From an uncultured Candidatus Poseidoniales archaeon (GTDB lineage: Archaea; Thermoplasmatota; Poseidoniia; Poseidoniales; Poseidoniaceae): a DNA stretch of 64,000 bases. Below, piece by piece: positions 17,010 through 26,493 of this stretch. Below the pieces are notes generated by a model. It did not search any database. It was given only the letters and a program-made list of their open reading frames with translations, and was not told the origin of the DNA. The stretch is taken from NCBI GenBank assembly GCA_964014545.1, contig CAXGZX010000001.1:9279-73278 (forward strand). The letters run 5' to 3'. A program made the position numbers and the translations under genes. Numbering within the stretch: the first letter of the stretch is position 1; every line of letters begins with the position of its first letter.

Positions 17010-17872
17010 CGCCAATTCTTATCTTCAGGTGAAACTCCCTTGCTAAGAGATAGTATCTGTGCGGTTACCGCAATAGCAATTTCTTCAGGTGATTCTGCAC
17101 CGATGTTAATTCCGATTGGACAGACCACTGAATCTAACAAGTCTTGCTTGATTTCCTGTGCTAATGCTGATTTACAGAAAGAATTCCACTTACTGCGACT
17201 ACCAATAACACCTATGCGAGGGAATGTTTTTCCATCCGGCAGGCAATTGTTTTGCTGGCAAATTGCCAATAGACCGAGCAATCTATCTTGATCCTCTGAC
17301 CAATCATGACCGAGCAACAAAATGTCGGAAAACCGAGTTATTGAATCAAATGATTCAGTTGCCAAAAATTCTGCTACGCTAGATGGAATTAGTTCGGTAG
17401 CTTGGGGGAATGACTTTTTGTCACAGTATTCTATTCTTGAGTCAGTGACTGAATGATGCCAATTTAGTGAATTGATAGTTTGGGACAAAGCATTGGCACA
17501 ATGACCTCCACCCATCATGAGTACGTGAGGGGATGGCATGATTACTTCTATTGACAAGGTAACTCGGCCCCCACATAGAGAATCTAAAGGTTGTACTTCA
17601 TAGCCCTTCGCACCCTTATTTAGACCATATGTGTGCATTTCACCATATGGCTCCCAATATTCACTGAGCAATTCTTGGCAACGTAGTAGTACTTTCATTT
17701 CTAAACCAGCACCACCCACAGTTCCATGGAAACCTTCCTTACCCTCAGCAACCGCTAGTTTAGCTCCAACCTTACCAGGAACGCTACCAGAAGTTTGGAT
17801 AACACTGGCAATTACCACACGACGTCTTTCCGCCAGCCGCTCTAAAGCCCAAGCCAACGTGTCATTCGACAT
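16997..17872 (-). CDS. XdhC/CoxI-family molybdenum-hydroxylase maturation (cofactor insertion) protein.
   Basis: N-terminal XdhC_CoxI domain (ALERLAERRRVVIASVIQTSGSVPGKVGAKLAV) and a C-terminal Rossmann-like domain (RIGVIGSRSK). Confidence 0.7.
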   Translation of the reverse strand: MSNDTLAWALERLAERRRVVIASVIQTSGSVPGKVGAKLAVAEGKEGFHGTVGGAGLEMKVLLRCQELLSEYWEPYGEMHTYGLNKGAKGYEVQPLDSLCGGRVTLSIEVIMPSPHVLMMGGGHCANALSQTINSLNWHHSVTDSRIEYCDKKSFPQATELIPSSVAEFLATESFDSITRFSDILLLGHDWSEDQDRLLGLLAICQQNNCLPDGKTFPRIGVIGSRSKWNSFCKSALAQEIKQDLLDSVVCPIGINIGAESPEEIAIAVTAQILSLSKGVSPEDKNWRQSS

Positions 17873-17910
17873 GTGCTGCGCTACTGGTCTTTACCAATAC
17901 CATTTACGCA

Positions 17911-18501
17911 TCAAAGTTCAACAAAAAAACCTGCACTTTCTCTTAATCTTGCTTTATCCTCAGGTGTGTCTATATTCAAAGATAATAGAGTATTATCGAC
18001 TGCAACTGATTCAAATCTCACAATATCCTTCAATGGCACATCATCATTTGCCGCCATTATAGCAAGTAAGTCATCCTTTACTAAAGCCACAGGATGACCA
18101 TTTACCGAATTATCTGTTAAGCAACACGACCTGTCAGTTTCAGTTAGTTTACCAATATGTGATGCTTTCCATCCCGGCCTATCCACTGGACACATTATTG
18201 CCTTATTGGGCATTCTGCCTAATTCTGCTAACACTGAATTAAGCCCAACTTTTAGGCTCCCAGTCCGCCCATTTTCTGGTGATTTATTGACCACTACCAC
18301 TGCTCCATTAGAGACCATTAGTGCGTCAAATTGTAATTCTTGATTGACCACAACAATTACTGGAGTGCAGCCTGCATGTTGTAATTTTAATATAGCGTGC
18401 TCAAGAAGAGTTTTACCTGCTACTTCTACCAGTGCTTTGTGTTCTCCAAGCCGTTTGCTGTAACCCGCGCTCAATATGATTGCTGGTGTTGTTTTGACCA
18501 T
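17911..18501 (-). CDS. MobA-like NTP transferase. It is probably a molybdenum-cofactor cytidylyltransferase (MocA-like).
   Basis: AIILSAGYSKRLGEHKAL is a nucleotidyltransferase glycine-rich loop. 196 aa. Lies adjacent to xdhC. Confidence 0.6.
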   Translation of the reverse strand: MVKTTPAIILSAGYSKRLGEHKALVEVAGKTLLEHAILKLQHAGCTPVIVVVNQELQFDALMVSNGAVVVVNKSPENGRTGSLKVGLNSVLAELGRMPNKAIMCPVDRPGWKASHIGKLTETDRSCCLTDNSVNGHPVALVKDDLLAIMAANDDVPLKDIVRFESVAVDNTLLSLNIDTPEDKARLRESAGFFVEL

Positions 18502-18520
18502 GCTTTAGACACCATTAAAA

Positions 18521-19669
18521 TCAGAAATCTTTAGTAATCTCACGGCCAATTATCATTTTTTGAACTTGAGATGAACCTTCATAGATCTGCATTACTTTTG
18601 CTGCTCGCATTAATCTTGCAACTGGGTACTCTTCAGAGTAACCATAGCCACCAAACACTTGAACGGCATCGGTAGATACTTCCATTGCCGTATCTGCAGC
18701 AAAGCGCTTTGCGTGAGCTGCTGATTCCGTATTCCTTATACCGTTATCAGATTCAAATGCAGATTTCCAGGTTAGCATACGAGATGCTTCAATCTTAGTT
18801 TTCATATCTGCAAGCATGAATTGAATCGCTTGATGCTGGTGCAATGGTTTGCCAAATGTCGTTCGCTCGTTTGAATATTGTAATGCATGCTCGTAGGATG
18901 CTCTTGCAAGTCCTGTTGCGTGAGCGGCAATATTTGGTCGACTAACATCAAACGCCTTCATTGCATTCATCCACCCACCAGATTCACTACCCCCAACCAA
19001 TTGGTTCTTGTTAACACGAACATTATCAAAGACAATTGACCTAGTATCAGAACATCTCTGGCCCATGTTAGATTCTTTTTTGCCCAGTGAAAAGCCTTCA
19101 GCGTCTTTCTCAACAATAAATCCAGACATGCCACGATATCCTGCATCGATATCGGTTTTTGCTAAAACAAAGAAAAAGTCAGAATAACCGGCACCTGTAA
19201 TCCACATTTTCTCACCATTGATGACATATTCATCACCATCAAGGGTGGCTGTAGTTTTACAAGCAGCAACATCGGAACCGGCTCCGGGTTCAGTAACTGC
19301 ATATGAAGCAAGATGGCCTTCCTCAGCCACTCTTCTGAGCCAAATTTCCTTTTGCTCTTCAGTAGCACCGGTAATTAGTGGTGCACAAGCTAGTGCTGTA
19401 GCATAAGCGGCTGTTGCAAACCCAGGGTCACCCCATGCCAATTCCTCGTTAACTAGAACCTCTTCCATACAACCCAATCCCAAGCCGCCATATTTTTCGG
19501 GAATATGTAAATTTAGAATACCCATATCATGGGCTGCAGTGATGGCATCTTTGGGATACTCAGATTCTGCGTCCCAATGTTCTGCCTTTGGCCTAATTTC
19601 ATCGACAGCAAAATCATGGGCTAATTCTTTCAAACCTTCTTGCATTTCATCAAGTTGGAAGTTGACCAT
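18521..19669 (-). CDS. Acyl-CoA dehydrogenase.
   Basis: Three-domain ACAD organisation, a FAD-binding segment, and a C-terminal catalytic region YEGSSQVQKMIIGREI. Confidence 0.85.
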   Translation of the reverse strand: MVNFQLDEMQEGLKELAHDFAVDEIRPKAEHWDAESEYPKDAITAAHDMGILNLHIPEKYGGLGLGCMEEVLVNEELAWGDPGFATAAYATALACAPLITGATEEQKEIWLRRVAEEGHLASYAVTEPGAGSDVAACKTTATLDGDEYVINGEKMWITGAGYSDFFFVLAKTDIDAGYRGMSGFIVEKDAEGFSLGKKESNMGQRCSDTRSIVFDNVRVNKNQLVGGSESGGWMNAMKAFDVSRPNIAAHATGLARASYEHALQYSNERTTFGKPLHQHQAIQFMLADMKTKIEASRMLTWKSAFESDNGIRNTESAAHAKRFAADTAMEVSTDAVQVFGGYGYSEEYPVARLMRAAKVMQIYEGSSQVQKMIIGREITKDF

Positions 19670-19706
19670 GATACTCCGAGGAGGCCGAGGGTTAAGATTT
19701 CATGGT

Positions 19707-20831
19707 TTAGAAACCGGCTCTTCTGAAATATTCGCAAACGGCTAGGAATATGAAATACACCACAATTAAGGTAATCCCTTCCCATTTCTTAAACTCATAA
19801 GAAGTTCTCATCAACAATAAAGCAATGGCGGTACTGATTATGGTTGCTGGTAAAATAACTAACATTATCATATCAGAGCCAGCATCAGTTAGATAAAGTG
19901 GATGGACCATTGATGCTATTCCAATTGACAACAATGGATCTGTTATATTCGAACCAATTAAAGTTCCAATGGCAACTCCTTGACTTCTTTTAGCAGCCAT
20001 GAAAGCAATAGTAAGTTCAGGTAAAGAAGTCCCTAGACCAGATACTACTGTACCTATTATGGAGTGAGGAATGTTCATTTCATAAGCCAAATCGCTAGCG
20101 TTTACCACCAAATGGTGAGCAGCAAATACAGCTAGAGCAAGACCAATAATCACCATAACACAGTATGCCGCACCTGACCATGATAGACTTGACATGTCAA
20201 TATTCTCGGCATCATTACCACCCTCATTATCCATTATTTCCTTACGGTTGTAAAGCAGCCATGAAATATAGGTGATGTAAAGCGTTGATAAGATAAATCC
20301 TTCAATTCTAGTTATCCCTTCGTCAGTAAGTAGGAATAATGCCATCAGCAATAGAGACAACATCATTATCAAGCCGTCTCTCTTAAGCCATGACGGTCTT
20401 ATCTTCAAACCCTTAGCAAGCGCAACAAAACCTAAAATCAAGGTTATTTGAACCAACACAGAACCTAATATACCGCCAATTGCGAAATCTGCTACCTCGG
20501 GGTTTTTATCAACATTCAATGCCGATGTAGAGGTGACTAGAATCTCAGGAAGCGAGGTGCCAATTGACACAATTGTCAACCCAATAACCACCTCAGGTAT
20601 CCCGCCTCTGCGGGCTAATCCTTTGGCGCCTTCAATAAAAAAGTCAGCTGAAACCACAAGTAAGCCCAAAGCTAATAGTAATATGAATACTGAAAACAAA
20701 ATTCCATTACCACCAAAGTTGGTCGATAATACTTGACTGGCAATTATTGCTAGGAAAAGGGCAGCCAACATCAATAGGGTATTGAACTGAAGAAGTTGGG
20801 GGATTCCCATCAACTTATTTCCCCGCGCCAT
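19707..20831 (-). CDS. CaCA-family cation/Ca2+ exchanger (YrbG/NCKX-like).
   Basis: Two alpha-repeats bearing GTSLPE(I/L). About 10 TM helices. Confidence 0.8.
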   Translation of the reverse strand: MARGNKLMGIPQLLQFNTLLMLAALFLAIIASQVLSTNFGGNGILFSVFILLLALGLLVVSADFFIEGAKGLARRGGIPEVVIGLTIVSIGTSLPEILVTSTSALNVDKNPEVADFAIGGILGSVLVQITLILGFVALAKGLKIRPSWLKRDGLIMMLSLLLMALFLLTDEGITRIEGFILSTLYITYISWLLYNRKEIMDNEGGNDAENIDMSSLSWSGAAYCVMVIIGLALAVFAAHHLVVNASDLAYEMNIPHSIIGTVVSGLGTSLPELTIAFMAAKRSQGVAIGTLIGSNITDPLLSIGIASMVHPLYLTDAGSDMIMLVILPATIISTAIALLLMRTSYEFKKWEGITLIVVYFIFLAVCEYFRRAGF

Positions 20832-20909
20832 GCGCTTGCCAACCAGTATGACTTATTCACGATTATGTTTACCTATATTCCATAGGATAAATGAATTAAC
20901 CTTCTCGAA

Positions 20910-21527
20910 TTGGCACTAAACATGCGCACTGAATTCTTATCCGAGTTGATAGGAACTTTTGTGATGGTATTTATTGGATGCTATTCAATAAAGGCTGGCT
21001 ATTCACCAGCAATAATTTCTTTTTCTTTTGGTTTTGCAGTATTCATGGTTATTTTAATTTCAAGAAAATACAGCGGCGCACACATTAATCCGGCTGTTTC
21101 AATCGCTTTTTCAATAACTGGCCAATTAGATAAAAAAATGTTAATGCCGTATCTAACTGCTCAATTTATTGGAGGAATTGTTGCTGCATATCTGGTCGGT
21201 GGTTTTGGTGCTACAGAATTTTCAGTAAATACCAGCACAGGCATTGGAATTGAGATCTTTATCACATTTGTTTTAATGATGAGCATTTATCTAACAATTT
21301 TCAGAACAGATAGTGATTTTATTGTCGCCTTGGTAGTTGGTTCAGTAGTAGCCTGTTTAGCATTTATTTTTGGCAGCCACACCGGGGCTTCAATGAATCC
21401 AGCAAGGACACTAGGCCCTAACTTAATCTCTAATTCCATAAGTGTGATACCAATTTATTTAATTTCAACAATTTTTGGTTCTTGCCTTGCAGCATTGGCA
21501 ATAAAGAGAATAAACAGTAATAGTTAA
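20910..21527 (+). CDS. MIP-family aquaporin (AqpM-like).
   Basis: Two NPA boxes: HINPAVS and SMNPART. Six TM helices. Confidence 0.85.
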   Translation: MALNMRTEFLSELIGTFVMVFIGCYSIKAGYSPAIISFSFGFAVFMVILISRKYSGAHINPAVSIAFSITGQLDKKMLMPYLTAQFIGGIVAAYLVGGFGATEFSVNTSTGIGIEIFITFVLMMSIYLTIFRTDSDFIVALVVGSVVACLAFIFGSHTGASMNPARTLGPNLISNSISVIPIYLISTIFGSCLAALAIKRINSNS

Positions 21528-21566
21528 CCAATTTTTATTGGCAATGTATTCAAAAGATAGATTGAT

Positions 21567-21848
21567 TTGGGCAGTGCTATGTCAGAGAAGCGAATCATGC
21601 GTAAATTGAACAAACTCGCTTCAAGAATTCACTCTAAAATAGAGACCGTCAGAGATGAAATGGACGACCTTGAGATAGAGTTTGAACTCTTGCAGAAACA
21701 AATCCAAAGATTACAAGCAAAGACTAGTAGTAAGGTAACTGCAGCAGATGAAGTAGAAGTTATCTTAGAAGTAGATGAGGACGAAGGTGATGAGGAAATT
21801 GATTTAGAGAACACATCAGCGGTAAATATCACACCGAAAAAATTCTGA
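21567..21848 (+). CDS. Small acidic coiled-coil protein of unknown function.
   Basis: Heptad-like LEIEFELLQKQIQRLQAK followed by an Asp/Glu-rich tail. No recognisable motif. Confidence 0.4.
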   Translation: MGSAMSEKRIMRKLNKLASRIHSKIETVRDEMDDLEIEFELLQKQIQRLQAKTSSKVTAADEVEVILEVDEDEGDEEIDLENTSAVNITPKKF

Positions 21849-23030
21849 TTAATTCTCTGACAGCGTTGTTGCCAATCTATTAGCAATCATGTCACCAACT
21901 TGGCTACATGATGAATCTCCACCTAAGTCATAGGTTAGATGTTTACCCTCTGCTAGGTGTTGAGCCACACAGGTTTCAATTGAAGAAGCAACGTCAAGTA
22001 ATTCTTGGCTGCCATTTTTCCTTCCTAGCCAATCCATCATCATTTGTACTGAATTAATTGAGGCTATTGGGTTAACTTTGTTCATACCAGCATATTTTGG
22101 TGAAGAACCGTGAACTGGTTCGAAGAAGGCGTGTTTATCACCAATGTTACCCGAGCCTGCCATACCCATTCCACCCTGTAAAACAGCAGCAAGGTCAGTG
22201 GCAATGTCACCAAACATATTTGAGGTTACCACTACATCATAATGCTCAGGAGTTCTTGTTAACCATTGCGTAAAAGCGTCTATGTAACCGTAGTCTGTGG
22301 AAATACCTGAGTAATTTGCAGCAACTTGATCAAACGTTCTACGGAATAATTGACAACCCCTGGTTACGTTACTTTTGTCAATACATGATACTCTTTTGAC
22401 ACCATCTGAAGGAGCCCCATTGCGGGTTTTACAGATTTCGAAGCCCATTCTAACCAATCGCTCGGTTCCGTGTGAAGAAATCGGTCTTGGATCATATACG
22501 ACCTCACCCTTTAAGCCTGGAAATTCAACTTCTGGAATGACATAATCTTCCAGCCCTTGCGCTCTATTAGAAGCCCTCTTTAGCAGCGAGTGATATAACC
22601 CCTCTGTATTTTCTCGCAAAATTGTCATGTCTACCATTTCAGGCTCCCATATTTGCCTGAATTTTCCGTGAACTTTGTGCATGACACCATTAAAAAGCTT
22701 GACCGGACGAACGTTTGCGTACAAGTCTAGACCGCTCCTAAGTCCCAAGATTACCGAGCCCCCTGCAAGGTCACCGTTAGGCAAGTAAGCCCCGGGGTGA
22801 CCGATTGCGCCAAGGAATATTGCGTCTGAATCATCCCGGCAAAATTCAAATGAACCTTCTGCCCATTCTTGACCTGTTTCTTTGTAGAGTTGTCCACCAC
22901 AGGCAATTTCAGTTAAATCAAACCCAATGTTGGTATTTTCTGAGATTGTGTTGAGAATTTTAGATGCTTCAATGGCGACTTCCCTCCCTGTCCCGTCGCC
23001 CGGAAGTATTGCTATACGGTAGTCGCCCAT
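21849..23030 (-). CDS. Isocitrate/isopropylmalate dehydrogenase-family NAD(P)-dependent beta-decarboxylating dehydrogenase.
   Basis: N-terminal IAILPGDGTGREV and the family signature NMFGDIATDLAAVLQGGMGMAGSGNIG. Confidence 0.75.
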   Translation of the reverse strand: MGDYRIAILPGDGTGREVAIEASKILNTISENTNIGFDLTEIACGGQLYKETGQEWAEGSFEFCRDDSDAIFLGAIGHPGAYLPNGDLAGGSVILGLRSGLDLYANVRPVKLFNGVMHKVHGKFRQIWEPEMVDMTILRENTEGLYHSLLKRASNRAQGLEDYVIPEVEFPGLKGEVVYDPRPISSHGTERLVRMGFEICKTRNGAPSDGVKRVSCIDKSNVTRGCQLFRRTFDQVAANYSGISTDYGYIDAFTQWLTRTPEHYDVVVTSNMFGDIATDLAAVLQGGMGMAGSGNIGDKHAFFEPVHGSSPKYAGMNKVNPIASINSVQMMMDWLGRKNGSQELLDVASSIETCVAQHLAEGKHLTYDLGGDSSCSQVGDMIANRLATTLSEN

Positions 23031-23110
23031 GAATTGGCCACGGGCAACTGGTAAATGAACGAAACCCTAACAAAAAAATACAAATTAAATTGGCTTTATA
23101 AATGACTTAT

Positions 23111-25711
23111 TTAGTTGTAATATGATGCTTTTAGAATCTCAACTACATGTTCTAAAGAAGGTAGTGTATGATTTTCTAATGGTGGAGAAAAAGGCACTGG
23201 AGTATCCAAGGCACCAATTACACAAGGTGCTGACTCCAATGAATAAAAACAGGATTCTAGTATCCGACTTTGAATTGTGTGACCAAGTCCACCGCTCCAT
23301 TGACCCTCTTGTAATATAACCAACCTTCCAGTTCGCATGACTGAATCAATGCATGTTTGCGCATCGAATGGAATAATTGTCCTCAAATCAATTATTTCAA
23401 TTTCAATGCCTTCATCACTAAGCAAATCTGCTGCTTGTTGAGCGATATGGAGCATTGCTCCCCAAGTAATCAACGAGATATCACGGCCTCCTCGCACCAC
23501 TGAAGCCTTGCCAATCTTGTAATTTTCTTTCGCCTCAATCGCTGTAGTCACGCTTTTTGTGTCTACTTTTTGATTAATATTTTGACCCCATCCGGTTAAT
23601 CCACCTCGCAAACCATACAGGCCAATATGCTCGAGCATAATCACTGGGTCTGGTATTTCTGCTGCTTCCACCAACAAATCATATGCGTCCTGAGGCGTTG
23701 CTGGAGCCAAAACGATAATTCCAGGATCATTAGCAAACCATGATTCAATCATATTAGCATGGAATGGCCCTGACCTTGTTTTTGCACCTAAAGGTATACG
23801 GATAGTCATAGGGCAATCTGCTCCCCAGCGCCATCTTAGCATTGCTGCATTGTTAATTAGCGCATTGAATCCAAGTGCAGCAAACCCACCAAATTGGATT
23901 TCAACCATCGGGCGCATTCCAGATAGGGCAGCACCGATTCCAGTATGGACAATAATTGCTTCACAAAGCGGCATATCGATTAATTTCTCATCATGTCCTG
24001 CATTTTTCAGTGCGATATTCATACCAAAGGCACCAGCGACTTCCATATCTTCACCAATAAATACGCAATCATCTCCGTATCTGTTGGCAATATCAACCAT
24101 GGCTTGTTGAATTGCTCTGGCATAGGTCCATCCACCCGATTCAGCATAACTCAATGTTGAGATGCCGACTGGAAGTGCTGCTGCTTCATAGTTTGAGGTT
24201 GGATTCGAAAGTCGGTTGAGGTGGTCTTGATGAGATTCAGCGTCAGAAATACTAGTAATTCCTTTAGTTACCGTTTCTGGATTTGGCCAGTCCATGGCTA
24301 AAAGACTATCATAATCAGCCTCAACCAATTGCTTTTCTTGATTTTCCAACTCAATTATATCATCTTCACTGACGCCAAGGTTTAGCAATAATTCTCGATG
24401 GGTACTAATCGGATCTTTTGCCGCCCAATAATCCAATAATTCCCGGTCTACGTAACCGGGAGGGGTGCCTGATTCGCTACCTAAATAGAGATCATCGTGG
24501 TGGTGGGCATGTCCACAGCCTCTCATTGTTTCCACATGAATTAGGGTCGGGCCTCCGCCCTCTAAGGCAAATTCTCTAGCACATGCTACGCTTGCATACC
24601 ATGAAGCTGGATCTGAACCATCGATAGTCCAACTAGGGAACCCCATTGCTGAGGCCTTATCTGCCCAAACCTCGACTCCTGATTGATTATTAGTTGCCGT
24701 ATCCAATGCGATTTGATTATTTTGTAAAATGTAAGTTATCGGTAAACCCCGTGTTCCGGCTAAGTTCAACGCTTCCCAAAATTCCCCTGACGAAGACGCC
24801 CCCTCGCCAATACAAGCAACATGAAACCGCGATAACTTTTGTTGCCATGCAGCAAATGCCAATCCGGTCATAGTAGCACTAGCAATGGGTAAAGGCGCAG
24901 TAGGAGGTAAAACGCCCACATGCCAAGCTCCGATGTGTAAATCTCTTCCACCAGCGTCATCAAAGCCACCATTTTGATTGGAACCAACCTTACCTAGATT
25001 TGCTGCCATAACACTTAGCGGTGTATCTCCCATTGCCAATGCAAGACCAACATCACGAATCATTGGAGCAACTAAATCTCCTTGGTAACCGTTTCCGGGA
25101 GTCGCAGACAAATCAGCATTCGGATTGCTTTTCAATCCGCTAGCAACCGCAACAACGGCTTCTTGCCAAGTTGAGCGAAAACCTTTACCGCCAAATTTAC
25201 TACCGTCTGGAGTTTCAATACCATTAGTAAAAATTTCTTTCAACACCTCATCCATATATCTCGTTCGAGTCATATGACTTTGCCAATCAAGTCTTTGCGC
25301 CACGGTAATAGACATGTAGTGGGCAAGCCTCCTTAACATCAGTTTCATATCAAGTAAAAAGTGAGTGTTTCTTCTAGTAACATAAGTTTCAACATCCCTT
25401 CTTGGGATTACTTCTGATTGCTTTTCTTCCGCCATTTTAGAGTTAAGTTGAGAGATTAAACCTTTACTTAAGCCGTCAATGAAACGCTTGGAATATTTGC
25501 TCCATGAGGGTGCTTCAAACTGTTTGGGCTCAGAGGTGATTAAGTGATCCCAAATATCGGCAACAAGGGAGATTTTACCATCGTGTTGTTGGGTTACGAA
25601 TAACAAAACTTCTCTTCTTGCTGCTATCGCTAGAAGAGGTTGAGTAAAATCTAATTTTGCTTTTGGCACCCAGTCTGAGCCAAAAATCTCTGGTAACTCC
25701 CCCTGCGCCAT
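23111..25711 (-). CDS. Fused 2-oxoacid dehydrogenase E1 component. TPP-binding alpha and transketolase-like beta halves sit in one polypeptide, preceded by a ~250-aa N-terminal extension.
   Basis: Alpha-like GEGASSSGEFWEALNLAGTRGLPITYILQNNQIALD. Beta-like VFIGEDMEVAGAFG...RLIDMPLCEAIIVHTGIGAALSGMRPMVEIQFGGF. Confidence 0.75.
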   Translation of the reverse strand: MAQGELPEIFGSDWVPKAKLDFTQPLLAIAARREVLLFVTQQHDGKISLVADIWDHLITSEPKQFEAPSWSKYSKRFIDGLSKGLISQLNSKMAEEKQSEVIPRRDVETYVTRRNTHFLLDMKLMLRRLAHYMSITVAQRLDWQSHMTRTRYMDEVLKEIFTNGIETPDGSKFGGKGFRSTWQEAVVAVASGLKSNPNADLSATPGNGYQGDLVAPMIRDVGLALAMGDTPLSVMAANLGKVGSNQNGGFDDAGGRDLHIGAWHVGVLPPTAPLPIASATMTGLAFAAWQQKLSRFHVACIGEGASSSGEFWEALNLAGTRGLPITYILQNNQIALDTATNNQSGVEVWADKASAMGFPSWTIDGSDPASWYASVACAREFALEGGGPTLIHVETMRGCGHAHHHDDLYLGSESGTPPGYVDRELLDYWAAKDPISTHRELLLNLGVSEDDIIELENQEKQLVEADYDSLLAMDWPNPETVTKGITSISDAESHQDHLNRLSNPTSNYEAAALPVGISTLSYAESGGWTYARAIQQAMVDIANRYGDDCVFIGEDMEVAGAFGMNIALKNAGHDEKLIDMPLCEAIIVHTGIGAALSGMRPMVEIQFGGFAALGFNALINNAAMLRWRWGADCPMTIRIPLGAKTRSGPFHANMIESWFANDPGIIVLAPATPQDAYDLLVEAAEIPDPVIMLEHIGLYGLRGGLTGWGQNINQKVDTKSVTTAIEAKENYKIGKASVVRGGRDISLITWGAMLHIAQQAADLLSDEGIEIEIIDLRTIIPFDAQTCIDSVMRTGRLVILQEGQWSGGLGHTIQSRILESCFYSLESAPCVIGALDTPVPFSPPLENHTLPSLEHVVEILKASYYN

Positions 25712-25755
25712 GACAAAGCCACCGGAATCTTACATACAAATTGAACGATTAATGT

Positions 25756-26490
25756 TCAGTTTACATCTACCTTAGATTCAAGGGTTTTCATCGTAACTCT
25801 AGCCACGACTATTGTAGCCAGAATTGAGGCAATAATGCCGATAATCAAGAGGATTGAGCCACTTGGAGAATCCTTGAATCCATCCATCCCCCCGCCAGAT
25901 AGAACAATTTTACCCGCAGCATGACCAAAGTAAGCATAGGCAAGTGAATATATCACGCTTGAAAGGTTTGAGATGAAGAAAACCCTTGTACTAACTGGAC
26001 TGCTGGCCATAATGTAATTTAGCCATTCATCAGGAATAATTGGCGATAATCTTACTAATACAGAGATTTGCATCGCTTCTTCATTAATTGCTAGTTCAAG
26101 ATTTTTTAACCGCTCATCTTTAGCGACCATTTCCTCAATTCTCTCCCTAAACAACCATCTTCCCAGAAGGAAAGCTAAGAGTCCCCCAATTACTGAGGCA
26201 AAGAAATTAACCACTACTGCAATCCAATAAGGAAATATTGCACCAGAGGCAACTTTCAAAATTGGGGTAGGGAACAACAAAACTACTGCAAAAGATACCA
26301 TTATGGCATAAAATATTGGCGCTAATGGCCCCAAATCTTCTACCCAATCTATAAAATCTCCAACATCTTTGAAAGCATAATACCCTACTACAAGCCAGAG
26401 TGAAACTACGCCAAGGCTGATGAATAATCTAATACGACCTGCTTTACCTTGCTTGATTTTTATTCGGCTAGTCTTTTTTGAGGAAGACAA
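25756..26490 (-). CDS. DedA/TVP38/TMEM64-family membrane protein.
   Basis: The re-entrant loop signature FPTPILKVASGAIFPYWIAVVVNFFASVIGGLLAFLLGR is characteristic of DedA proteins. Confidence 0.7.
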   Translation of the reverse strand: MSSSKKTSRIKIKQGKAGRIRLFISLGVVSLWLVVGYYAFKDVGDFIDWVEDLGPLAPIFYAIMVSFAVVLLFPTPILKVASGAIFPYWIAVVVNFFASVIGGLLAFLLGRWLFRERIEEMVAKDERLKNLELAINEEAMQISVLVRLSPIIPDEWLNYIMASSPVSTRVFFISNLSSVIYSLAYAYFGHAAGKIVLSGGGMDGFKDSPSGSILLIIGIIASILATIVVARVTMKTLESKVDVN

Positions 26491-26493
26491 TAT

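Noticed and set aside
21528-21566. CCAATttttATTGG inverted repeat after the aquaporin gene, as a regulatory site.
   Set aside because: It is more simply read as an oligo-T archaeal-type terminator right after the stop codon. It is short and AT-rich.
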